Of a stretch of 64,000 nt of DNA, positions 25,193 to 35,776 are shown piece by piece. Position 1 is the stretch's first letter, and every line of letters starts with the position of its first letter. The notes beneath the pieces are model-generated. The model searched no databases. It was not told the origin of the DNA and saw only the letters and a program-made list of their open reading frames with translations. The DNA comes from Mobula hypostoma (taxonomy: Eukaryota), in contig NC_086097.1 in NCBI RefSeq assembly GCF_963921235.1, positions 38,690,001 to 38,754,000 of the forward strand. The letters are read 5' to 3'. The translations under genes and the position numbers were made by a program.

Positions 25193-27034
25193 GTAAGCAG
25201 TTTACTGCATTTGCTCTATCACAAATACAAACGTGTGGTTTTAACAAAGTATCACTATTGTTGTTCGGTTTAGAGATTAACTTCACATTTAGAGATTTAT
25301 GATGGGACCAAACTACTGAGTATGACCAGAACGGGTGATCAAATTCCAGTTTGATGGTGCTACGAGCTGCTGAACTAGGGATGAATGTCCATTTGAGACA
25401 AGGATCTAAGCTGTTCCAGTGCAAAACCAGGCAAGCCAGTGATTGAAAGATAATGATGTTCTGAGCTGATCCTTGGCAGGAAGGGCAGTGCAGTACCTCT
25501 GCTTAATTGGGTCTAGCAAGGGAAACAGCTCTAACATAAATCTTAACTGAATTTCTGTTCCAGCTCAACCTCAATTCAGAAATTTTTTAAAATTTATATC
25601 GAAATAAATATAATGATTTCATGCTTTTAATTGAAAATGCCCCTTAATGTTAGACAAAAACCCAATGCATCCCAGATGTCCCAGAATTCACTTAAAGCAC
25701 AATTGGGCAACCTCTGGTGCATGATCCAATTTATGTTTTAATGTAATTTCTTTAGCTAGAGTGTGGTAAATCTGGAATTTATTGCTACAGATGGTTGTGG
25801 AGGCCACGTCATTGGTATATTTAAAGGGGAGGGTGACAGGTTCTTCAGCAAAGGTTGAGAGGAGAAGTCAGGAAAATAGGACTGAGAGGGAAAGTAAATC
25901 AGCCATGATAGAATGGCAGAGCAGACTTGGTGGGCAGAATGGCCTGATTCTGTTCCTATCTCAAGGTAAAATTAACTATTAATTCTTGACTGTATTCGAG
26001 GCTGAGAAAAGTCTTTATGCTATGGATGAATAAAGAAATATAGGGATCAGCTGAGAACTTTGAATGGAGTTCATGATCACTTTTATTGCTATAGCTGATT
26101 CAAGGGTCAAAGAGCTATTTATTCTATTACATCTAATGTTTTAAAAATTTTATTATGTGCCAAGGTTAGAATTAACTGTTGGCCTGTGCAGGGAGGACAC
26201 CGCTCCTATTTGCCAAAGTAGTATCAAAATTTTTGCACCAACTCGTTGACGTGCCCTGAACATTAAATCTCTCATGAGGCAATGCAATCAGGCAGTATAT
26301 CCAAATGGAATTGATTTAAGTATGTGCAGGATCATTGAGGTCAATGTGATTTTGTGAGATCCTTGGTGAGCCTAAATTATTTCTTTGTGAGCATAAAGAT
26401 CACACGGTAAGACAATCACTTCTGATCCATGATTACAACAGCAAAACTGAACACTGAACACAAAACCCGGCTTCATTGACAGCTGGCCTCAAGGCAAATA
26501 AATTATTGAGTTTATATTACTGTAAACTGAATCTAGATTAATGTGGCTTTATTGCAGTGTCAACAGGAGAAATGGACCTACTCAGCCTTCAGTTAAGTCT
26601 GGTCAGATGAGAATGTTGGATTAGAATCATAGATTCATTGAGCCATACAGCAGAGAAATCTATGCCAACCATCTTGTGCTTAACTATACTAATTATATTG
26701 ATAAGCCCTTGATCCATATAACATTACCACCATTACCAACACCATCATTTTTTGCATAATTTGTGAAGTCCAAGTTTAGTGCAATATGGTCGTAATGTTG
26801 TTAAGCTGTAGTGATTAAGGTTTTGCCAGCTAGTTCAAGAAGTAAATGGCAGAAGGGAAGTAGCTTTCTTGAATCTGGCGGTGTGGGACTGAGTTCTAAT
26901 ATGGATTTGCCAGAGCAGCTGGGCAATGGCAATTGTAGAAGAATCTGAAGTGGACAAGGTTGTCCAGTTATGTAATGATTGTAGGTGACAGTGAACCAGG
27001 CAGCTGCTGATGAACGGTTGAAATGGTCATTTGA

Positions 27035-27270
27035 AAAACAAAAACTTGAACATGCTGTGAATCTCAAATATAAACAGAAAACACAGGAAGTGCACAGAGG
27101 GTCAGGCAGTATCTGTGAAAAGAGGCAAAGAGTTAACATTTCAGGTTGAGGACCCTTTGTCAGAACTGGAAAGATTCCTCATGAAAAGCCTTTGACCTGA
27201 AATGTGAACACTATTTCTGGTTCTACAGATACTGCCTGAGCTCCGAGTGTTTCCAACACATGCTCTTTTT
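27035..27270. mobile_element. old inverted pair of Penelope terminal repeats
   Basis: tcaggcagtatctgt...acagatactgcctga. Minus-strand motif agtt-CTGACAA-agggtcctcaacct-GAAA-tgtt-aact at 27131-27167. Confidence 0.65.
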
Positions 27271-28270
27271 TAATTCAGAAGTATAGATACATCACAGGAT
27301 CTATATGCAAAGTTTTCACCAAGGTAGTTTCATTTATCTGTTGATTATGGATAAGGAGTGTGAGCATTATTTGACAAATAAAATACATAAAATCTGAATT
27401 TTACATACATTTACCTTATGATGTGAATTCAAAACACCATTCAAATTATCATGGATAAGAAAATATAAATTATTGTCAATGGAATTAAGTTGATGAACTA
27501 ATAACCACAAGTACCGATGATGAAAACATTAGAATGTAACTACGTAAACACATTGATGAACTCAAAAGATTTAAATATGCATTCTTACAGAAAAAAAGTT
27601 ATCTTGGATGAAAAGGTTATGCAAATGGATTGCAACCAGTCAAAGAAAAAAGTGGGAACAATGTGAAGGCAAGAAAACTTGAAAACATTGCAGAACTTAA
27701 GCCATTCCTTGTTGTAGTGTAAGGCAATAAAACAACTTCCGTCAGTTCTGATGACATTGCATGCGTGAAGAAGAAAGGCAAAAAATGAATTTGAGGCAAC
27801 AACAAAAAAATCAACAATGTTTGTGCTTAAAAAAATAGAGAAAAATCAGGCTCAGACTGAGAAGAAGGTAACAGAAATTTTTCTGGAGTGAAAAATGTTT
27901 CATCAGTTGCGAAAGGCTTGACCTTTACTTTAGTCACAAGCTGTAAATTCTGGCTTTGTTCACAAATCCTGGTCTAAGTCAGCAGTTTTGATAATGGCTG
28001 CAAAGATGGAGCATTCTTTTTTTTCAATGTGATCACATGATTGAAAGTAGAAGTTTCATAATGGTACTGTGTATGTATGGCTATCACATTGAAAATGGTA
28101 AAAGATGATTTACAGAAGATCAGCTGTCAAAAGGAACTGTTTTCAAATGAATAGATAAGAATAAATCTGAGGGTTCAAGTATTACAACAGATATAGATTA
28201 TGTAACATTTTGTTAATCTTGGGTAATGCCATGTTGCTCAACAAATTATAATCCTGCTGAATTACAGTTA

Positions 28271-29100
28271 CTGTGGATTCCCGTTAGTTAGAACACATTG
28301 GCACCGGTATATTTTGGCCCAATTATGCGGCTGCCCCAATTCCCGAAATTTCATGGAAATAATTTAAAAAGTATAAAAAAGTCAAATATCTGTTTAACTA
28401 AGTAACAAATTATGTATTTAAATGAAATACAGAAAAAATTAAAACACTACCAATACTACAGCAGTGCTATGAAATGGTATTAGTTCCTCATACTTACCAA
28501 TGGAGGACACAACTGTGTACACAATCCAGTGTACACAACTGTGTTCCTTTGAACGACTGTAACTGAACAAAATCCGTGCAGACACCTAGTGAAGATAATG
28601 GGCAGGCTTCATTCAAAGTTTTTGATGATTACATCCTCCAAATCTTCACTTTTATTGTAACATTCAAGATGATTGTCAATGCCTTCAAATTCTTTGAATT
28701 TCTTAACTTGTTGAAGTAGTGCAATTGTTTCATTTCCACTCCCAGTGGTTTCTGGCATCTCTGAGCCTGAAGGCTTGCAAACCACAGCGAGCAAAACAGT
28801 TCCAAATTGTCTCGCTGCTTATCTCCCACCAAAATTACTGCTTTTTGAACACAAAGTAATGCAACCAACGCTACTTCAAACTGCTTGCTCTAAGCAGGGT
28901 GTAGTGTCTAACGGCCACAGAAGTGCACATGACCGATTGGTTAAAAACTGTTCAGCAACTGTCCTCTGTCCCAATTAAGCTGCTTCATGTCCCAAATAAA
29001 CAAAGTGAATCCTGGCTCTTTTCTCAATTAGTTTTTGGTCTTTAAGAGTTGTTCCTAGTAGGCAGTTGACCCGACTCACCAATGGCCCAATTAACGTGAA
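28271..29100. mobile_element. pogo/Tigger-like non-autonomous DNA transposon, copy 2
   Basis: Starts TA|ctgtggattcccgttagtt and is collinear with 7951-8758. Right TIR degraded. Minus-strand remnant ..EFEGIDNHLECYNKSEDLEDVII. Confidence 0.75.
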
Positions 29101-29284
29101 GGCTCGGAGTACAACTGAGTTTAGCTCATCAAATAATGAGGGGTGGAAGAGAAGCAGTAAGGACCCAAAAAAAATCATGACTCAAGCCACAGAGGCAGAC
29201 ATAGGTGACATAACCTGTGTGTTGACAGCACCAGGCAGATCAGATGTTTGGAAATGGGATGTTGCAGTAATAGACTGTGCTGAC

Positions 29285-29795
29285 ATTGGAGAGGATCCAG
29301 AGGAGGTCCACAAGGATGATTCCAGGAATGAAAGGGTTATCATACAAGGAACGTTTGATGGCTCTGGGTCTGTAATCGCTGGAATTCAGAAGGATGAGGG
29401 GGCTCTCACTGAAACCTTTCGAATGTTAAAAGGCCTAGAGAGAGTAGATATGGTAAGGATGTTTCCCATGGTGGGAGAGTCTAGGACAAGAGGGCACAGC
29501 CTCAGGATAGAGGGGCGCCCTTTCAAAACAGAGATATGGAGAAATTTCTTTAGCCAAAGGCTGATGAATTTGTGGAATTTGTTGCCACATGCAGCTGTGG
29601 AGGTCAGGTCATTGGTTTATTTAAGGCAGAGATTGATAGATTCTTGACTGGACATGGCATCAAAGGTTACGGGGAGAAGGCCAGGAACTGGGGTTGAAGA
29701 GAAGGTAGATAAAAAGGATCAGCCATGATTGAATGGCGGAGCAGAATCGATGGGCCAGATGGCCTAATTCTGCTCCTATGTCTTATGGTCTTATG
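29285..29795 (+). mobile_element. CR1 LINE 3' end
   Basis: ETFRMLKGLERVDMVRMFPMVGESRTRGHSLRI..FFSQR; tail tcttatggtcttatg. Same family as 18095-18620. Confidence 0.9.
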
Positions 29796-31379
29796 AAGTA
29801 TGTAGACAAAGAGGAGATGAAACTGGAAGTGTGCACTTAATTCATTTAATTTCTGCAAGAGATACACAACAAAATATCAAAGAGTGATGCACATATGTAT
29901 CCCAAAGATTGTATTCCAGAGATTGATCCAATAGAACCTATGGAAGCTGGGACCGAAATGACACAGAATTTAGCCAAACTGAATCTGGCAGTGATACTTT
30001 CCCCAGGTCAAGAGTATGACACAATTTCAATTCTTTGAGAAAGTGAAAGAAAATCTGTGGAACGGGTTAAATCTGCAAAAAAAAAACACGTCAAAATGTG
30101 AATCATTCTTTTAGTTCAGAATTGGGAAAGGTGTTTTGTGTATGTGTATGATGTATGCATTCTTGCACAGTGCGTGCATGAAGTGTGAAATTAACAAGAT
30201 ACTTGTGGTTTTGCAGCTCCCCATGTCTCATAGTAATTTATTATATTCTTATCACTATAGCACCTCAAACAGAATAAAAACACACATATATTAAACCCAA
30301 GGTAGATACAAATGTATTGTAGTGAAGTTCAAGCTATAATGAAAAAACTATTGTGTGAATCTATATTAATATGACAGTTAAAATCTGTCAATTTTTGCTG
30401 GATTGGTGCAGATGGTTATGCAGACAAAATGAGAAGACTAGTGCTACCCTCAGTAGCTTTAGCTCTTCCCAAACCTGATACAATATTATATATGATCAAT
30501 AGGTGTGGATGTATATTCCAGCATTGTCTCTTTTTTTTTTGTCATGCACTTAGTGTTGTAGTGCAGTAAATGAAACCACCATTTTCAGTTCAACAGCTTC
30601 CACAACCATGGAATATGTGGCCAGATATTTGAAACAAGTGCTGGAAAATGTTCAAGGTCAGGCAGCACATGTGGCAGACAGGAATCTTTTCCACAGACGC
30701 TGTTTGACCTACAGGGTGTTTCTAGCATCTAAAATTTTCCTTTTATTTACATCGATCAGATAATTTGTTCTGTCAGATGTTGTTTAAGGATTAAATAAGA
30801 ACAGAAAGCAGATATTACCATCGTAATAAATTGTTACCACTGGACTTGCGCTGCTCCCTCATCCTGCTTTTGTTGTGACTTTTGGAACAAATACATCTTC
30901 TTTGAAAATACCCTGTAAATTGCAGGAAAGTAATATCTGTGATTCAATATCAAATTATTAGCTAGCTATTCTATTGTTGCTAATACTCTGTGGAGAAACT
31001 ATACAGTAAATATAACTGTAGAAAATTTAGAAATGATTGGAACAAGTGAATGAATGAAATGGTAGTTTTTGCTTAAACGTGTTGATTTAATTCATCTAAC
31101 GTTTTAACTCTTGGTGCTTTACTCTTTGCCTTCGTATTATAAACCTTGGAAAAGTGCTGATAGATCACTCCCCAGTGCTGTGACGTAGGACAATTATGAA
31201 GCTTGTGGACCTAAAATGGCAAAAACAAATAACAAAATAAATTGAAAAAAGAAGCAGAGATTTCACTTTGACAGGAAAATACATTGCCGAGTTTTAGTTT
31301 TCACTGAAGTAGCCCAAGCAGTGCCATTTGAGAGCATGCTTTGATAAGTAGACCAATTTTATGGGGTTTCTGATGACAC

Positions 31380-31520
31380 TCCTGTCCTGAAGAAGGGTCT
31401 CGGCCCAAAACATTGACTGTGTATTCTCATCCATCCATAGATGCTGCCTGACCTGCTGAGCTCCTCCACTACATTGTGTGTATTGCTCTGGATTTCCAGC
31501 ATCTACAGTACCTCTTGTGT
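31380..31520 (+). mobile_element. solo Penelope terminal repeat with degenerate hammerhead
   Basis: gtc-CTGAAGA-agggtctcggccc-aaaa-catt-gac (31384-31417), followed by atagatgctgcctgacctgctgag...tttccagcatct. Confidence 0.75.
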
Positions 31521-31859
31521 TTATTGGGTTTCCATTGGTTGGCTTCATGTATTTTTTGATACTTCTCTAACTGCAGGGTTGTGTGTCACGATAATATCAT
31601 TGCATAATGCATTATGCTGAGTGAAGATGTAAATAATTGAAAGAGTGTTGATGCACAATATAAATCAATGTAAATAAACTTTACAGAGGATTAGAACAAT
31701 AGCAACAGGATAAATCAGGCAGATGCATATGCTGCAGGCAATTAGGAAGGCAAGTGGTGCCTTTGCCTTCGTAATGAGAGAATTTGAGTGCAAGAGTAAG
31801 GCTGCCTTACTGCAGTTATATAGGGCCTTGGTAAGGTTATACCTGGAGTATTGAATGCA

Positions 31860-33985
31860 ACATCAAGCAAGCTCTGGACGAATTGAGCGTTGTGATCAAT
31901 AGGCAAGAAACAGCACATGCTGATGCCTTCCCCATCATTATGGGGGATCTTAACCAGAACAGCTTGAAACAAACCACTTGTAGCACCAGAGGAACCATCA
32001 CACTGGGCCACTGTTACACCACCATCAAAAGTGCTTACCATGCTATCCCACGCCCACACTTTGGAAAGTCTGATCACCTGGCTGTACTTCTACTCCCTGA
32101 GTTTCGGCAGAGACTGAAGACTGCAACACCAGTAGTGACGACCAAAAAGATATGGACAAGGGAGACGCAGGAGTGCTTATAGGACTGCTTTGAATCGGTA
32201 GACCTGATTGTATTTAGGGATTCAGCTTCGAATTTGAATGAGTATGCCACAGTTGTTACCGATTTCATTACAACCTGCGTGGGTGAATGTATGCCTACGA
32301 AAACTTACTGTACATTCTCAAACCAAAAGCCACAGATAAACCAGGAGCTTCGTAGTCTATTGAGGGCTAGTGTTGTGGCATTCAAGTCTATACGAGAAAA
32401 CCAGGTATGACTTGCTGAGAGCTATTTCAAAAGCAAAGGAATAATTCTGAATGAGGTTGGAGGCGAAATCGGATGCACATCAACTCTGGCAGGGGGTCTG
32501 CGGGCCATTACTTCCTACAAAGTGAAACCCAACTGCATAAGTGGCAGTGATGCATCACTCCCAGATGAGCTCAACCTATTTTATGTTGCTAAGAAAGGGA
32601 GGATAAAACTACAGCTATGAGGATCCCTGCAGCACCCAATGACCCTGTGATCTCTGTCTCAGAGACTGATGTCAGGCTGTCTTTCAAGAGGGTGAACCCT
32701 TGCAAGGCGACAGACACCAATGACATACCAGGCAAGGCTCTGAAAACCTGTTCCAACCAATTGGCAGGGGAGTTCAAAGACATTTTCAATCTCTCGTTGC
32801 TACAGTTGGAAGTTCCCACCTGCTTCAAAAGGGCGACAATTACACGTGTGCCCAAGAAGAGCAGGGTTAGCTGCCTTCACGATGATTGTCTAGTGGCACT
32901 CACATCTACGAGTGGTTGGTTATGGCTAGAATCAACTCTTGTCTCAGCAAGGACCTGGACCCACTGCAATTTGCTTATTGCCACAATAGGTCTACAGTGG
33001 ACACGATCTCTTTGGCTCTCCACGTGGCCAAATACCTATGTCAGGATGCCGTTTATTGACCACAGCTCAGCGTTTAACACCATCATTCCTACAGTTCTGA
33101 TTGGAAAAACTCGAGAACCTGGACATCTGTACCTCCCTCTGTAACTGGATCTATGATTTCCTAATCAGAAGACCATAATCTGTATGGATTGGAACTAACA
33201 CCTCCACCTCGCTGACAATCAACACTGGCACACCTCAGGGATGTGTGCTTAGCCCACTGCTCTACTGTCTCTAAACCCATGACTGTGTGGTTAGGCGCAG
33301 CTCAAATACCATCGATAAATTTGCTGACTATACAAACATTCTTGGCAGAATCTCAGATGGTGATGAGAACATGTACAGGAGCGCAATACACCAGCTAATT
33401 GAGTGGTCTCACAGCAACAACCCTGCACTTAATGTCAGTAAGACCAAAGAACTGATTATGGACTTCAGAAACGGTAAGATGAGAGAACATACAACAGTCG
33501 TCAAAGAGGGATCAGAAGTGGAGAGAGTGAGCAATTTCAAGTTCCTGGGTGTCAATATCGCTAAGGATCTAACCTGGACCCAACATCTCGATACAGCTAT
33601 TAAAAAGAGCATCCTACCTGGCTTCATCACTGTCTGGTGGGGTGGGGGCGGGGGAAGGTTACCGCACAAGATCGAAGTAAGTTGCGGAGTATTGTAAAAT
33701 TAGTCAGGCCCATCATGGGCTCTATCCTCCTTAGTCTCCAGGCCATCTTCAAGGAGCAGTCCCTCAAAAAGGCGACATCCATCGTTAAGGACCCCCACCA
33801 CCCAGACATGCCCTCTTCTCACTGTTACTGTCAGGAAGGAATGGCAGAAGCCTGAAGCCACATGCTCAGTGATTCAGGAATAGTTTCTTCCCCTCTGCCT
33901 TCAATTTCTGAATGGATATTGAACCCCTGAACACTACTTAATGATGTTTTAATTCCTATTTTTGCACTACTATTTTAATTTAACG
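31860..33985 (+). mobile_element. Rex1/Babar-type LINE (endonuclease end + RT), decayed; tail resumes at about 34717-34800
   Basis: [56 protein letters not shown]; tail cctgattctgattctga at 34780. Confidence 0.9.
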
Positions 33986-33986
33986 C

Positions 33987-34716
33987 TGCTAATAGCCTCC
34001 TGGCTCAGTGGTGAGAAGGTCACCTTTCATAAACAATATAGTCTAGGGTCGGTATGATTTAGGTTCAACCAAACAGGAAAGTTAGGATGTTTCAATGAAT
34101 GGAATGGTGATTTGAGTGAATACTGTGTAATTACTGCCCCCACACAGTTATCAGTCGGCAAGAAATAACAGATTGTACACTGCATACAATTACAAAGTAA
34201 GTGTATTGACTAATTTCAGCTTTATCAAACAGTTATTAATAGAACAAAAAGAAAAAATTAATAAAAGAGCCCATTACAACTAAACAAGTCTAAATATGCA
34301 CAGGCATTGGAGCTCGTGTTGTCCAAAAGCTGGGTATGACCATTACTCACAGCACTGAATTCTCATCACCAATCACCAACAGAACTTCCCATCTTGGACT
34401 CTTTCATCTCACAAAGCCTCTTCCCACCAGATCGAATCCTATGGGCTACCTTCTCAATCTTCTCTGCCTCCCCCCCCATAGACCACAAACCCCACCAGTG
34501 TCTGTCACAAATCTCTCTCTGCCGCCAAGCTCTCTCTAGAACCTTCTCCCAATTCCACCATCCTGATTGGCTGACACAACATTCCTAAGTTGAACATCAT
34601 AGCCCCTTATCTTTAGCTGAAACCAAAACATTCTACCAGTAGGACACACTGCCTTACAGAAAGCTATGAAATACCCTACATTAGGAGTAAAAATGTAAAT
34701 AAACCAGGGCATTACA
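33987..34716. mobile_element. unclassified insertion, candidate solo LTR
   Basis: Interrupts the LINE tail. TG...CA ends with loose inverted similarity (tgctaatagcctcctgg / ccagggcattaca). No ORF. Confidence 0.4.
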
Positions 34717-35633
34717 CTATTATCTTGTATTGCTGCTGCAAAGTTAACAAATTTCACACCATATGCCGGTGATATTAAACCTGATTCTGATTCTGATTGT
34801 TGCTACAGAGGAGAGAGAATAGGTAAGTTTAGAAGAGTGAATCACGACCTCATGGTAATGTGCTAAATTCTTCAATGGTTCAAAAGAGTTGATATTGGGA
34901 GCATACTTCCTCTGGTAAGAAGTTACAATCCAGAGATCGCATTTACCTGACTGGGGTAAAGCATTTGAAATAAAGAGAAATTCCATTACTCAAAGGCTGG
35001 CGGATCTTTGGATTTCCCTACCCTGGATGGCCTTTGAAGCTCTGGAACTGATTGCAATGAAAACTGAATCTGGTAGATATCTGGGAAGTATAGGGTTCAC
35101 TGGATTCGGGAATAAACCAGGAAAACAATGTTTGAGGTTGAATGCCAGAGCAGGCTCAATGGGCCGAATTGTCTATATCTGCTCCAATTGTTTGTACTGT
35201 AACACCAAATGTTGAAATTAGACAAACAACAGTCTGTATTGTATTCCAGTACAAACTGACAGAAAGACATTTGTAGACAGATTGTTGATTTCTCATTGAA
35301 AAATATAAATTTAGCTTTTTGATTCCATCTTGATGTACAGTAGGACAGTTTCATTCAAACTAATAAGCCAACTCAAGGTCAATGTTCTTAAAACTGATAA
35401 TGTTTCTATTAGTATTGATGAAAACTTTGGTGAACTTGAATTGGACATCACTGATGTTTCTGGCCATGCTGGTGCCTGGTCCCTGTGTTTCCACTGTTAC
35501 TGAATAATTTCCTCAGGTGGTGGAATTCAGGATAACTATTACAGAGAAATTAAATCATCATTTTTCAATTTAGAAAGAAGCAACTAAAAGTTGAATTCTA
35601 TGTACTCAGCTTCATGTCATCTATTTTGTGCAG

Positions 35634-35776
35634 GTGGAAACATAACTATCCTTTATCGAGAATGGTATAAGCCTTTGGTCTGGTTCTGGATCTTGGTTGG
35701 CCTGGCTTACTTTGCAGCTGTCCTCAGCATGATCGGAGACTGGCTGCGTGTGATATCCAGGAAAACAAAGGAGGAG
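35634..35776 (+). CDS. kcnk10: kcnk10 exon 6 (M4)
   Basis: Acceptor attttgtgcag|GT, donor GAG|gtaaga; 143 nt. Encodes [48 protein letters not shown]. Confidence 0.98.

Noticed and set aside
29066..29647. 193-aa ORF
   Set aside because: Chimera of transposon end, unique DNA and two CR1 reading frames.
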